DNA of 64,000 nt from Eledone cirrhosa (GCA_964016885.1 OZ024741.1:107694001-107758000); one strand, 5' to 3'; counted from the stretch's first letter, positions 40,891 to 55,129 are shown. Program-made: numbers and translations. Notes: generated by a model from the sequence alone, not told the origin.

Positions 40891-41215
40891 GGAGGCACAT
40901 GGCTTAGTGGTTAGAGCATTGGGCTTGCAATCGAAAGGTTGTGAGTTCAATTCTCAGACCGGGTGATGTGTTGTTTCCTTGAGCAAGACACTTTATTTCA
41001 CATTGCTCCAGTTTACTCAGCTGTAGAAATGAGATGATACGGACTCGGGTCCATATCATTCCACTGCAAAGTGGTCGTGTAGGCGCCACGGAAAAAAACA
41101 CCCAGCACTCATTGTAAATGAGGTTGGTGTTAGGAAGGGCATCCAGCTGTAGAAATCAAGCCAGAATCAGTTCCCGTCCCACCCTTGCAAGCAGGGAAAA
41201 GCGGATGTAAAATAA
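40890..41215 (+). mobile_element. tRNA-derived SINE
   Basis: TGGCTTAGTGG A-box; GAGTTCAATTC B-box; TCCTTGAGCAAGACACT. Confidence 0.75.
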
Positions 41216-41984
41216 AAAAAATATATATATGTGTATGTGTGTATGATATACACAATGTACACACTAATCTGTAAGCGCATATTTTGTGAATTAGATCGCG
41301 GATATATGTGTATGTACGGTGAATGTACAAAAATATATTTATACATAATTTCGTACTCACAAATGAAGTCTTAATGTAAATATAGTTTTAATTTTCTTTT
41401 ATTTTATTATATTCACAGACAAAATCAATAAACCTTCCCTCTCGTCTCCCAGAACGATATCAAAGTGGTGCTAATATATCCGACTTCTACTTACGTTAAA
41501 ATATATCTAATGGACTTAAATATGTTCCTGTCACTACAGTTATTGCTACCACATATGAGGTGTTATTTCAAAGGAGACCATCTAATAATATCAAATTATT
41601 TATGACACACGCTCAAATTCCTTCAACTCGTCATGTTACAGCTTTTACCGCCAATATTGTCTTCATCTCTTGTCTTTTTTTTTTCGTTTCATTTATCCAT
41701 TTTGTTATTGTTTTATTTTACATCCAAAACCTCTATTTTGAAGTTCCCAATCTATTTCCGACGTCTCCCGGTCATATGCTCTCTTGGTCTTTCCTTCTCA
41801 CATTTCCACTCTCCTTTTTTTAGTATATCCATCTCTCTCTCTTTCCCATTTCTCTGTTCCCGTACACACACACATACACATACACACACACAACACACAC
41901 ACACACAACACACACACACACAACGCACACGCGCGCACACACACACAACACACACACACCACACTCATACAAGACACACACATA

Positions 41985-42015
<31 letters not shown>

Positions 42016-43444
42016 TATTGTAGCTGTTGTTGAGGTTTATGTTGAAATGTTATTGTGTTAACTGCAAAAACAGTATCATTCCAGATTAAAATACTTTAAC
42101 GTGTGTATTCCTCTCTTCTTCTCCTTCACTCCTTCCCCCTCTCTATATGTATATATATTTATATATATATATTTATATATATATATATTTATATATATAT
42201 ATATGTGTGTGAATGTATCCACATAGATATATATTTATATATGAAAACAGACAGAAAGTCATAGGCTCGACACACAATTTGGTCTGTATTGAATGCCTAA
42301 TCTTTGATTGTTACTTGCATTTCCTATCAGCCTTCATTTAGCAGAACAAACAAACCCACCTGTATTTGAAATCCATTTGAGAGAATGTACAACCCTTAAA
42401 TTACAATGCGGTTTACGGATTTCACGATAAGGAAGGCAAAATATTGAAATAGAATTTAATAGTGTTGAGGAGATAGTAATTCTGTCCGATCGATATTAGG
42501 TCCTATAATAATTATGTTAGTGCTGCGCGCGATTCTTTGTTGGTCATGAGAGAGAATCCCCTAACCCCTGTCAAACAAGCACGTCAGTAAGTCCACTCCT
42601 TTCAGGAAAACGAACTTTTTCTTTAGCAATCTAATCATAACACCCATTGGAAACCACCCTTCCTCTCAAGATATCCGTTATCAAAGGTGGCACGATATAG
42701 GAAGGTATACAAATAATTGTTTCTACCTTTGGCACAAGACATTTTAGGGCAAAGAAGATTAGCTATGTTCTGTGTGCAAGTGGCAAAGTGCAGTCAAATA
42801 TATGAATGGCAAATTTCATAATTAAAATAATTCTAGGTTGGTAGCAGAGCTGGAGTGTGTAGAGCCGACATTATTTCAACAGAGAAACGGATTGCTGAAG
42901 TTATAGAAGTACCCAGAGTATGTGATAGATATATATATGCATAAACTAGTAATTATCACAACACATGGCATAGGCATATATATATACCACACAATCCGGA
43001 AGGATAAATTAGTAACATGACTGATTTTATGATGTACTCTTGGTAACAGGCTGCAGAGTTCTCATTATCAAATATTTATGAATGCATACATTCATTTAAA
43101 ACAACAGAACTATACCGTAAGTAAAATTCTCGGAATTGAAACGAATCACCTCGGAATGTTGTGGCTGATATATCAACAGGAATACACACCAAAGTAAGTT
43201 GCACAACTCTATCACATAAGAAACCACATATAAAATACGTTCTGTTAATCAAAAAACAGTCTTGCATGGTTACATCGTCAGAGAGATTCCAAATAAAAGT
43301 AATGTAAATATTTTGGAACACTAACCGTTATATGAAATCTAACTTTCCAGAGTAAATTACACTTTATAACGAGTGGCATAATAGGTAAGCTTGTGGTGCA
43401 CATCTTCAACAATTGCGTGAGATTTTGTCTGGACAGAAATAATT

Positions 43445-44252
43445 ATCTAAACTATAATAAAGTAAGGCGTGCGGGACTGCGTCCAGAATATATTTATTTA
43501 TCCCGTTTGTAAAATAAGTTGGATTACTTTGAATAAATAATTGTTTCTACTTTAGGCACAAGGCCAGCAATAACCCAGTGCATTACTGGTACTTTATTTT
43601 ATCGACCCCGTAAGGGTGAAAGGCAAAGTCAACCTCGGCGGGATTTGAACTCAGAATTACTTTGAATAAATAATGAATGAATATTACATCATTTGTCTAC
43701 TAAATTTCGTTATTCTTGATTAAATATAAATAATTTTATTGCTTATTTTAAGATTCACTTCTTTAAAATTATCAAATGCCAACACTTCCGATTAGCGATC
43801 GCTTAAATAAATATTCATATATTTACCTCACTAATTTTCTCCTAATGCTGTTATTATATAACTAACTGGCCCCTCCGGCTGGCGTCTGGATAGGTTTACC
43901 GGCATTTTATCTTTTCAGGAATCCCCCCTACACCCTAGTGCAAAGATACCACACGCCCTCTCAAGTCAGCGAGGGGGGGGGGGGGGGTGAACGTGCTCTG
44001 ATGTTAGATTTGAATAGTTTTTAGGATTCCCCAGTTCAGCAACCAGTACGTTAAAGAAAATTGATAGTTACAACAATAAAGGCTGAACAGAGAACACATT
44101 TTTTAACAAACAATAATTTGAGTAACCATAATGGAAATTCCAATTAACAGAAAATATTAAATTACATTGTTAGAGCCTCAGAGTATAAAATATTTTTTGT
44201 TCGGCCCTCCGGAGCAAAGATGAAGAGATTGTTTGGCGAGCTAACCCTAGAG
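43445..44252. mobile_element. Helitron-like repeats (43445-43860 and 43860-44252) with nested S1 SINE (43542-43655, -)
   Basis: Homology to the 18.95 kb and 11.4 kb copies; SINE TSD attactttgaataaataat. Confidence 0.65.
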
Positions 44253-47200
44253 CAAAGGTTCCAACCCATTTCGGCCAAACGCCCCCTTTTTTCCCTTCGA
44301 AATCACGAAACGCCCCCCCCCTACCCTTTTTTTCCATTTTTCAATATACTACTCATTTTGATATCAGTAGATTACTAAAAAAATGATTAACGATATTCCA
44401 AAGATACCATTGCAGGCAGTTGAAAGTATAAATACATTCCTTGAAAGGAAGTATATAGATTTCAAAAAAAGGAACATAAATGTTCTTTTTTATGAATTAG
44501 GACCAGTTGAATTTGTTATATTCCCACCAGACGATACCAGCTATTTTGAACATTTATACAAGAGCAATTCTGTCTATCCAAAGAGTGCTCTTATCTGGAA
44601 GAAAGTGGCAATTGTATTATTTCAAAGCTTTCCAATTTTCCCTTTAATGAAACGGACAGAATAAATGTTGATATCTAACTTGATGTCCCCTCCGCTTTGT
44701 GACCACGCAAGAGGGTTTTCATGACCTCGTAAGAGGGTATATTCATTAGTAAACGGTAAAATATATAAAACAAATGAGTAAGTGAATTGTGGTAGATGGT
44801 TTCCAGTCCAGTCAGACTGCAACTACAAATAAAAAATCGACTTACTTTGACCTCGTATCAATGGGACCCTTCAGCTTCATGGTCATGGAGTTTAGCTAAC
44901 TCTTTGACGTCAGGCTGGATTTTCGTGAGCTGTAGCCGGAGATCTCCACGTGTAATCACATTGTAGCGGTTGCGAGCCTTACCATGCAGTCTGGAAACAA
45001 CGCCAAACCCCCTCTCGACTAAGTATGAGCTAGGAAAAGACAAAGCAAATCTCTTAGCCTCTGCATGTAGGAGTGGAAATCCAAAAGGGGTTCACCTATT
45101 TTGGAAAATTTCATTTTGATAATGTCATCTGTCTGAAGTTCAATTAATTCTTCCTGAAATTTAACGTCAAAATCGTCGACGTTGGCTATGAAGGGATCTG
45201 CTATCCACATTGGGATGTCCATCTGCAAAAGGTCGACAAACCGTTCTCTCATGTTGTCTTGTAGTGCACGGAGGTGCGCGGTATAAATTTGCAGTTGGTC
45301 ATCGCTCACAATGTTTGAAACATTGGCGACACTAGGAAAATTATAGAATTCCCGTCGACAAAGATTCCTTTCGATGACTTTCAATTTGGCCAGGAATATT
45401 TTTACAACATTCCTTGCTTTAAACAAGGTGATCTTCTCCTCCTGCAAAGCCATAATGAGACTATTGCATTTGTCAAAGATGTCGGCGAGGTAGGCACAGT
45501 CTTGCCTCACATCGAGGTTTTTTTTATATAGTTCTGTGTTGCGTCCCCGAAGAAACTCAATGATAGAGTCGAACAGTTTAAAGAAGCGAGTAAGGCACTT
45601 GCCCTTTGAAAGCCACCTCACTTCAGTATGAAGGAGCAACTCGACGAATTCTTCGTCATTATCTTCGCACAGTTGTCGGAAAATTCGTTCATTGAGGGCA
45701 TGGCGTTTGATATAATTGATGACATCAATGGCTACCTGCAAACACTTGCTCAGCGGCTCGCTGAGTTTCTTCGCAGCCAATTGTTGTCGATGAATGACAC
45801 AATGAACAGCAAATACAGATGGATTTTCCCTCTTTAGAAGAGAGACGAAACCCTTATGTTGGCCGACCATTGCCTTTGCGCCGTCCGTAGCACATGATAC
45901 AATATTGTTAAGAGGTATCTCTTTTACTTCGAGGTATCCCTTGACATATTCAAAGATCGTGGCACCTTTAGTATCTGTTGCTAGATTCAGAGTGAAGAGA
46001 AGCTCCTCGTGCATTTCGTTTTGGTGGAAAAATCGCACGTATCCCAGTAGTAAGGACTGATTCCCGGAAAGTGTGCTTTCATCAAGTTGCAAAGCAAATT
46101 GTGTCGATTTCAAGATGTTGCATAATTGTTGTTCAACATTTTCCGCCATTTCGTCGATGCGTCTCTTTATTGAGTCGTTACTCAACGGAAAACATTTCAA
46201 GGTCTTTAACGGGTTCTGACGTAGTACTGTTGAAAGAACTTCTGAGATGACAGGAGCTACCAATGTTTCACCCAAGGAATGGGGCTGCCACACTTTGCGA
46301 TTATGTTGGCAATATTGTAAGATGCGACAAGTCCATCAACATTTGAAGCTTCAACTTTTGAAAAGGCAGAAGAAATTAGTGTTGTTTTCTGGAATTGGTC
46401 CCTAAGAGACTGAAAGCGTGCTAAATCTTTATATCTCTTATCGAGGTGCCTCACCTCCAGGTGTCTACTGAAACGCGATGGCTTCATCGCCTCATTCGAA
46501 AATGACTCCTTGCAAATTAAACACATGGGTGACAGGTGGTTCGACGGCGATGGGATGAATCCGAACCGTAAGTAATCAACGCTGTACTGCCTGCATTTTT
46601 TCTTCATTGCTGAGGCCATTTTCTGTTTAGCGAATGTGTTTGGTAAAGTTACGCAAAGATTTGCCTATATAAGCCTATAAAATTATGTATAAGGAACTTA
46701 CTATAATGAGTCCTGTTCCAGTATGATAAAGTTTCAAGTAATGTTCTGGAATAACACTTTGTAATAAACAAAACTGCAATGAAAAAGACAAATACTGTCA
46801 TTAATTAACCAAGTCGAGACAAGTTATATATGAAGATTAACCAGTCTTTCATGTAGGAATAGTAATAACTTAGCTTGAGGGAATTAAGGTGGCAGACTCA
46901 ATAAAGGACCAACGAGGCAACGAGTTCAAGAGAACTTAATGCAAGAATGACTAATAATGTGCTATTTTGAAATGGAATTCATCAATTAAGCACGTAGTGA
47001 TAAGACGCGATAATACTAAGTTAAGACATTACTTATTAGTCAGAGTTACTCAAATTATCGCCCTTACCTTAATGCATCACTGTGATATTCTTGTAATGGT
47101 GCTGCAATTATAATGGATGACTGTTGAAGACTATAAAAGCATTTCCTTAAACCCAAGGCTATAACAAGACTTGATCGTAGTATAAACAGTCAGTTTATAT

Positions 47201-47357
47201 AGGAATAGCAACAACCTAGATATAGAATAAATGATGTGGAAATGCAATGAAGAGAAGATGGGGTCAAGCAAACCGAATGTTAGTAAGAATGAGCTGAAGT
47301 ATCGAGGTCAAGCCGATCACGGTGATGAACGGGTCAGTGAATAATGTTGCTCTTTTC
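44253..47357 (-). mobile_element. hAT transposon of the Buster/Charlie (ZBED5/SCAND3-like) group
   Basis: Terminus CAAAGGTTCCAACC preceded by an nnnTAnnn target (ccctagag); the other end was not found. Confidence 0.75.
44858..46619 (-). pseudogene. Buster-type hAT transposase with two frameshifts
   Basis: BED finger (CLIC...MKPS..RHL..H), FALQLDEST, ATDGA, HCVIH, TEVRWLSKG and FPSSYLVERGF motifs across three ORFs. Confidence 0.92.
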
Positions 47358-48640
47358 CAGGGGCCTCGTTTTCCTTAACAATGTGAGGGGGACAAAGCAA
47401 CATTTGTTGGAGCATTTTAGTATTACTTATGGTGTCTTTCCTGAACCCTATCACATAAGTAAAAATTTCCTTACGCTTATTAAATTTTATATATTCAAAT
47501 GAAGTTCAGATATAAAAAAAAATTAAGCTTAAAAAGTAGTTATTATATCAAATAAACAAAAAATAAAACATAGACGTTTGAATAAAAATCATATAAAGTA
47601 AATTTATTGTCTTTTAGAACTTTCCAAATGTATCATATCTCGCATCATTGCTGTCAATAAATAATTTAGCAACTTCTTCACAACTAATATTTTTCAAAAC
47701 ATCTTTATGAACGCCTCATATTAGAATATGATTCAAACTTTGCTAAGTCATGGCCGATCGCAACCAAGTTTTGAATCTCTGCAGAGCGCTAAACGATCTT
47801 TCAGCTTTACAAGAACTGGTTGGAAACATTAAAAGTAGCCTGAACAATCGCACATCATTTAGAAACATGCGACGGACTTCTGGTTGCATTTCACCGAATA
47901 TTTTACGATGCTGCTCGAGAGATGATCCACTATGATGATTTTTATAAAAAAGTATTTCGTTCCTTAAAGAAAATTCATCAAGCTCTGGATACTGTATGAT
48001 CACTTCAGCACAAACATTTCCATTCCTGGCATCTTTTAGGAACTTTTCATTGCCTGGGTAGCTCCAAAGGAGAAATATCGAGTTGATAAATCATTTTTTC
48101 TGCTGTATTGAACAGCTCCTGAAATTTTTCTTCACTGCGTAGATTTTTTAGCTCCTCCTCCACCAGTTTGACACTGCAACATGCTACCTAGGTTGAAGGT
48201 GGTACTTTGAAAATATTTGTTCAATCCTTCAAGGAATTGAAGTAATGGATCTACAACGGGCAATCCAAGGACACATTGGCCCGGAGAGTGACACGTAAGA
48301 ATAACATTAGCTCTGGATGCAATGTTGGTGCCAAACTAATTTGTTGCCTCTTGTAAATAAATAGGGACATCTGAATAATTGTCAAGAAGGGCTTTGACTG
48401 CAGAAAGTCGTGTTAGCCGTCGAGTAGGGCACACAGGTGTTAAGGAGCGTGGTGACGATACATCATTTTCTTCATCATGTTGTGATAAATACGCTTGTTT
48501 AAATTTTCCTGATGTACTATATAGTTTCCGCAATTCACTCACGCAACCTAGAACATTTTTGATAAGTGAAGCTTGTTGTACAGACTTAGTTATAATAAGT
48601 TGAGAAATATGAATGCCGCAGTGCACGTAATGGGCCAAAT
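47358..48640 (-). pseudogene. Decayed hAT (ZMYM1/Tip100-like) transposase relic
   Basis: YVHCG.H, CPTRR, PTSSCKAERSFSALQRFKTWLRSAMT; terminus CAGGGGCCTCG. Confidence 0.8.
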
Positions 48641-49128
48641 CAAGTTATGTTAGAATGATCTTTAAAAAATACCCGTACGAATTAAATACAAAAAAAGTTT
48701 CAATCCAAAACAAAAGCAAACTATTTCAAATTATATATTTTTGAAAAATAGACGTGAATGTTCTCAAAGACTTGATTTCAGTCGAAAAAGCTTTTTTTTT
48801 TTAAATTCTATATTTCACTGTTAGCCGTTGTAATATTTTGATTGGATAAACAATTCTACAATTCAAACTGTAAAGTCAAAATACAAAAGATATAAAATAT
48901 GAAGAATTTCTTACCTTTCTCTGAAATCACAAACTCAGGGGAAAAATAGTACCTTGCAAAATGAAATACCTCGTAGCAAAATAAAATACTTAGCAACGAA
49001 TGATGCTTGGGGACAGTGAGAAAGTAGTATTTGTATCCCTTATATATATATATATACATAGATAGATACACAGACACACACAAACACACATAGACACGCG
49101 CACACGCGCACGCGCACGCACACACGCG

Positions 49129-49198
<70 letters not shown>

Positions 49199-49391
49199 CA
49201 CACACACAAGTTGTGTGTGTGTATGTATGTGTGTGTGCGTGTGTGCGTGTCTATGTGTGTTTGTGTGTGTCTGTTGTGTATCTGTCTATGTATAGATATA
49301 TTGGTTTGCGTACAGAAAGAATTTTGTCTACAGTTTTTTATTGCCAGGTCAAAGGCCACTGCTCTTTTCAACAACACCAAATAACAACGCT

Positions 49392-49438
<47 letters not shown>

Positions 49439-49522
49439 AATGAAGAGAGAAAGAGGGAGGGACAGAGAGAGTAAGAAATGTGTGTGTGTTTGGTACACAT
49501 CTATCTATCTATCTATATCCAA

Positions 49523-49620
49523 CAGGGGGGGGGGGGGGGGGGCTCACACATGCGGCCCGCGAACTACTTATCTGTGGCCCGTGGTAGAACCAATATTTCA
49601 TATCGCATTATAACTGGTGA
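49523..49620 (+). mobile_element. hAT-Charlie MITE terminal fragment
   Basis: CAGGGG..TGCGGCCCGCG..TGTGGCCCG subterminal repeats. Confidence 0.45.
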
Positions 49621-49729
49621 ACATTTTCACCCACCACCACGTTTGGCCCCCTGTGCCTCCTCCAGGACGTAATAGCCCTTTTGTGTCCTTGAGTTTGAGA
49701 GCCCCCTTCTACACACACACATACGGACA

Positions 49730-49990
49730 TATTTTACTTTTTTTTCTGTCTCTGGACTACGCCATGCTGGAGCACCACCTTCGTATGTTATGGGGACGTC
49801 AACAAACCAACAAGTATTGGTGGGAGGGCAAACACAAACGCAAAGACACACACAGACATATATACATATATACGACGGGCTTTTTTTAGTTTCGATCTAT
49901 CAAATCCACTCACGGGGCTTTGGTCGGCCTGGGCAGTGGGACTGAACCCGGATATATGTGGTTGGGAAACAAGCTTCTTGTCACACTGCA
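49730..49990 (-). mobile_element. Abundant octopus-type SINE fragment (also 2550-2610)
   Basis: gccatgctggagcacc, tacgacgggctt, aaatccactcac, gcagtgggactgaacccgg; recognised from memory of octopus repeats. Confidence 0.7.
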
Positions 49991-49996
49991 TAAATA

Positions 49997-50054
<58 letters not shown>

Positions 50055-50121
50055 CGTGTGTTTAATATATATATTACACACACACACACACGCACACATA
50101 CACACACACACACACACACAT

Positions 50122-50176
<55 letters not shown>

Positions 50177-50179
<3 letters not shown>

Positions 50180-51307
50180 TTGCGAGGTTTTTTATATGAA
50201 ATCGTGTATCGAAACAAATATTGTTATACTTGGGGAGGGTCATATTTGTGTAATATTGCCAGAATTAATAACAGAACACAATCACTGTTTGGTTGGTTTT
50301 CGCTTCTCGCTTCTGTGTCTTTTATATCGGTAATCTAACTTACTCGCTCCTCAATGTTGCCAAAAAAAAAAAAAAAATCCCTGATCAGCAAAACCTACCC
50401 TTTTAAGAAAACCCACTGTACCAATAGGAAATGTATCATATGTAAAGTAAACCCCCGGATAAACTGTAAAACTAGAAACGTAGTCTATAGCATAAGGTGT
50501 ACAGAGGGTACTTGCAGAAACATGACAACAACATACATAGGCGAGACAGCTCGTAGCATAGGTGAAAGGATAGACCAACACTGGGGGGAACTAAAAGGAC
50601 GAAAAAACGGGTCAGTACTATACGAACATGCTAGACAACAACATGACGGTAACATAGACAACATAGAAATTAGAATAATATCTAAACATAGAAATGACCC
50701 AGCAGATAGGCAAATCAGAAATAGAAATAGAAATATCGAAATAGAAATTAGAAGACCAAGACTAAACAGAAAGAATGAATGGAATAACAACAACACCGAA
50801 ACAAACAACACTGACCAAAGAGAAGTATAAATAAGTAAATAAAATAAAATAAATAAATAAATACATACACAAGCACAATAACAACAAGCACATAAACACA
50901 CACTAGTCACCCATCACACAGCAAACAAAATACTATACACACACGCAAACGCATGCGCAAAGAAGACAAAATAAAATAAACAAACAAGCAAATAAATAAA
51001 TAAATATATAAACAGACTGAATAAAAATGGCGTAGACATACAATACAACAGGAGGAAAAGATAGAACCACTGACGATGTTGCAGATGTGCAAAGAAAGAT
51101 TTATGATAAACTATATATATGTGTTTGTGTCTATATTGTATCTGATTTATTTTTGACCGTCGGTCAGTCAATGGCAACATTGAGGAGCGAGTAAGTTAGA
51201 TTACCGATATAAAAGACACAGAAGCGAGAAGCGAAAACCAAATAAACAGTGAGTGTGTTCTGTTATTAATTCTGGAAATATTACACAAATATGACCCTCC
51301 CCAAGTA

Positions 51308-51312
<5 letters not shown>
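50177..51312 (+). mobile_element. 5'-truncated PLE with inverted pLTR arms (50225-50361 / 51171-51311)
   Basis: Inverted repeat brackets the GIY-YIG fragment; same 3' family at 27100-27335 and 28160-28310. Confidence 0.85.
50385..50830 (+). pseudogene. PLE GIY-YIG endonuclease C-terminal fragment
   Basis: CxxC..CKTRNVVYSIRC..C..YIGETARSIGERIDQH..H..LNRKNEW. Confidence 0.85.
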
Positions 51313-51390
<78 letters not shown>

Positions 51391-51619
51391 CCTTACACAC
51401 TTAAATATAAATGCATGTATATATACAAATGTATAAATGCATAGCTATGTACATACGTAAATGTATGTATGTATATATGTATGTATGTATATTTATATAT
51501 ATATGTATGTATGTATATTTATATATATATATGTATGTATGTATATTTATATATATATGTATGTATGTATATTTACATATATGTATGTATCTTTATATAT
51601 ATATATACATATGTAGATT

Positions 51620-51695
<76 letters not shown>

Positions 51696-51700
51696 CATAT

Positions 51701-52417
51701 ATATTATGGAAAGGGGACTGCAACAGAGAAGAACTGAAATCCCTTCAACGCTGGGAAAAAAGTGCCGCTTGGTTCCTACACTATGAATCGACTTTTCAAA
51801 CGGATTACACCTCCAATAACCCGTTCATAAAAATAGGAAAACCCATAACTGAACCGCACAACAACTTCTCAAACCCCCAAGCCTCAAACAAACGAAGAAG
51901 GAAGCACCACACCGAAGATGAACTTCCCAACCTCGCTACCATAAGAAGGAACAAAAACCGAAGAAATCATCTCCCCCAAAATGACATTTACAACTTTCCC
52001 CCTTCAAGGAGACACCATACCAAATCACTCAACTACTACGCGGATTCCTCATCGTCAAACATAGGGAAAAGATACCACCGCCATGATAGATGCAACAACT
52101 TCCCCGCTTCAAGGGGACAGCAAGGTAATTACCATTTTCTCAACGCTCACTTCCACAATACACAACAAACCCACACCACACGATACAACCAACAACGTAG
52201 GCAACTTATAACACCACAATACAACATGGCACATAGAAACACACACCCATACTCGCAGTACAGGAACACCCCATTCAATCTACAACCACCAACCCGAACC
52301 ACATTTTACAACAACAAGGAATATAACAAACACAGGAGACCACTTAACATCAGCAGACAACCCCTCTACCCCAACCATTTTTTAGACACAGCACACAGAT
52401 ACAGGCAAACAAAATAA
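51701..52417 (+). CDS. Basic, low-complexity upstream ORF of the PLE (5'-truncated by microsatellite)
   Basis: Open R/H/N-rich frame ending ...PNHFLD...; contains T-TTT-TTA at 52378-52384. Confidence 0.6.
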   Translation: MLWKGDCNREELKSLQRWEKSAAWFLHYESTFQTDYTSNNPFIKIGKPITEPHNNFSNPQASNKRRRKHHTEDELPNLATIRRNKNRRNHLPQNDIYNFPPSRRHHTKSLNYYADSSSSNIGKRYHRHDRCNNFPASRGQQGNYHFLNAHFHNTQQTHTTRYNQQRRQLITPQYNMAHRNTHPYSQYRNTPFNLQPPTRTTFYNNKEYNKHRRPLNISRQPLYPNHFLDTAHRYRQTK

Positions 52418-54703
52418 CACAAGACAGGGAGGAGAAACCGATAGTAATAAAAATGATCAATCTTACTAGTGCAGAAACCAACACCCAACCTTATCAACTT
52501 ACTCTCCAAAGGTCTTAAATTCACACCGACCCCACTACGTCCTAACTACTATGAAATGAAGGAAGACATCACAGACTTCTGTAGAAAGTTACGACTTAGT
52601 GAACAACTATTCGACCAGTACAATGAGGATGAATAATTAGCCAGAAATAGAAGCAATTACACCCCTTCAAAAGGTAGAAATAAAATCCTGGACGAATTCT
52701 GTGAACACATCATAAACTTCCCTTACCAACACTTGCACAGACAAAAACACAAGCCAAACCTCAACAAGAAAGAATGGGAAGAATTAAATAGATTAAAAAC
52801 CGACAGAACAATTACAATTAAAGAGGCTGATAAAGGGGGTACAGTAGTCCTAATGGAGACAGAATTCTGTATCAACTTAGCGCTCTCCACTTTGGAAAAC
52901 GAAACATACTACGAAAAGACTGAACACTACAATCAACAGAAATTTATGAGAAACCTAAAAACTCTAATCAACCAATACAAAGAAGGACTCACTAACAAGG
53001 AATTCAGCTTCATCACAGACTACACAAGTAAATCCAGCCTTTTCTACGGTATCCCTAAAGTACATAAAAGCGAATCAATCAGTAAGGCATGCAAGGAAGC
53101 CACAGACATAGTCATCAATGTCCCCTCACCCAATGATCTCAAATTAAGAACTATAATAGCAGGCCCCGCTTGCGAAACGCACCGTCTTAGCAACTTCACT
53201 GATACCCTTCTCAAACCCTTCCTCAAGCACATCAAAAGCTATATAAGGGACGACCTAGATATGCTCAATCACCTCCCTAATATGCCACTTTCTGAACAAA
53301 CCCTACTAGTGACGTTCGATGTAGTCAATCTATACTCCAACATCCCCCACAACCTAGGAATAGAAGCTATCCAATTCTGGCTGGATAATTTCCACAATGA
53401 ACTCCCACAACGCATCAAAAAAGAATTCGTGATAGAGGGACTCAAATTTATCTTGGAGAACAATTACTTCGTTTTCAATAACAAACCCTACAGGCAGAAA
53501 TCTGGGACCGCTATGGGAACGAAAACAGCCCCTACTTATGCCAACCTAGTCATGGGATACCTAGAAATCACCCTCTACACTAAAGTCCTAAACAAATTTG
53601 GAAACACCCTCCACTTACACATTGAAAGGAACTGGAAGCGATATCTAGATGACTGCTTCATCCTTTGGCACGAAAACATCGAAAAACTTAAAGAATTTCA
53701 CACCCTTATAAATGGGCTCAACACAAATATTAACTTCACGATGGAATACAGCCATCAACAACTCCCCTTCCTCGACATCCTCATTAAGATTCATAACAAA
53801 AAAATAGAAACAGACATATACTACAAGCCCACAGACTCCAAGCAATATCTCCCCTTCAACTCTTGCCACCCTAGACACGTTAAAATTAATATTCCCTACA
53901 ACTTAGCCAAGAGAATCTGTACTATAGTCTCCAATAAAAACATCTGCTACTTACGGCTACAAGAACTAAAGGACACACTCATAGGCAGGGACTACTCTGC
54001 ATCACTAATTGACAATGGAATCCAACGTGCCCTAAAACTCAGTACCCAGGACCTTAGACACCCTAAAGTAAATCAACCAAAACTAAAAGCTCTTCCATAC
54101 ATCTCCACACACAACCCCCTCAACAATGAGGCCTTTGACACCATCCTCCAGAACATCCCTGCATTGAAAAAGGACCATAGAATGAACCAAATTCTACGAA
54201 CACACGATATCATAAAGAGCAAAAGACAATCCAAGTCAATGAAAAACATCTTAACACATGCCAAAGTACTGCCAACCACAACAACGAAACCCACAGTAAA
54301 AAAATGCGATAGACCCAACTGTGGCATTTGCATCAACCTAATAGAGGGTTCGGAATTCTATTTCAAAGATGGACAACGTTTTATAGTAAAACACAATTTC
54401 ACATGTGCATCGGAAAATTTTATATATGTATTAACTTGTTCAGGTTGTCGAGAACAATACATAGGCCAGACCCAAAACACCCTCCGCCAACGAATGACTG
54501 TCCATAGATCCCAAATTAAAATACGGGAATACAGGAAAATACCACTGAGTGAACACATTGATACCTGTGCCGCCCAAAATCATCCCAACTTCAGAATCTT
54601 TCCCCTCTACAAATTTAAAGATAATGCCACCCACACCCAGCGCATCAGCAAGGAATCTTACTTCATTAACAAATACGGACCCCGTCTAAACACTTCTCCC
54701 TAA
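52378..54703 (+). pseudogene. Neptune/Poseidon-like PLE RT-GIY-YIG ORF with a 1-nt insertion at about 52480 and one TAA at about 52634
   Basis: MINLTS..LLSKGLKFTPTP, ADKGG, YGIPKVHK, FDVVNLY, GTAMGT, RYLDD, YIGQT, CxxxxCxxC; 52733-54703 is open. Confidence 0.93.
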
Positions 54704-54839
54704 GACGAACCCACAACATACACACGTCAACATACATACCTACATCAGCACACATCTCTACCCACATACAAACACAATGACATACGTAAACACACATGCT
54801 CTATGGTGCAATACAAAAAAATATATGTGCATATATATG

Positions 54840-54876
<37 letters not shown>

Positions 54877-55098
54877 AATATATGTATGTGTATATATATA
54901 TATATAGTGAATATCATTTCACACCTTTTATTGTTAAGATTTTTGATGTTCTATAAAGAGAACCGATTTTACTGAAAAAATCGAATAATGTACACCATTT
55001 TACCAGGGGGAACAAATACTGGTCCACCCACCCACACACACACACACATATATATACACAAACACATACACACGCGTACATCAATATACAAAGAGACT

Positions 55099-55129
<31 letters not shown>

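Noticed and set aside
40890-40970. tRNA genes at 40890, 5200 and the S1 heads
   Set aside because: A/B boxes are present, but they continue into SINE bodies and lack a full cloverleaf.
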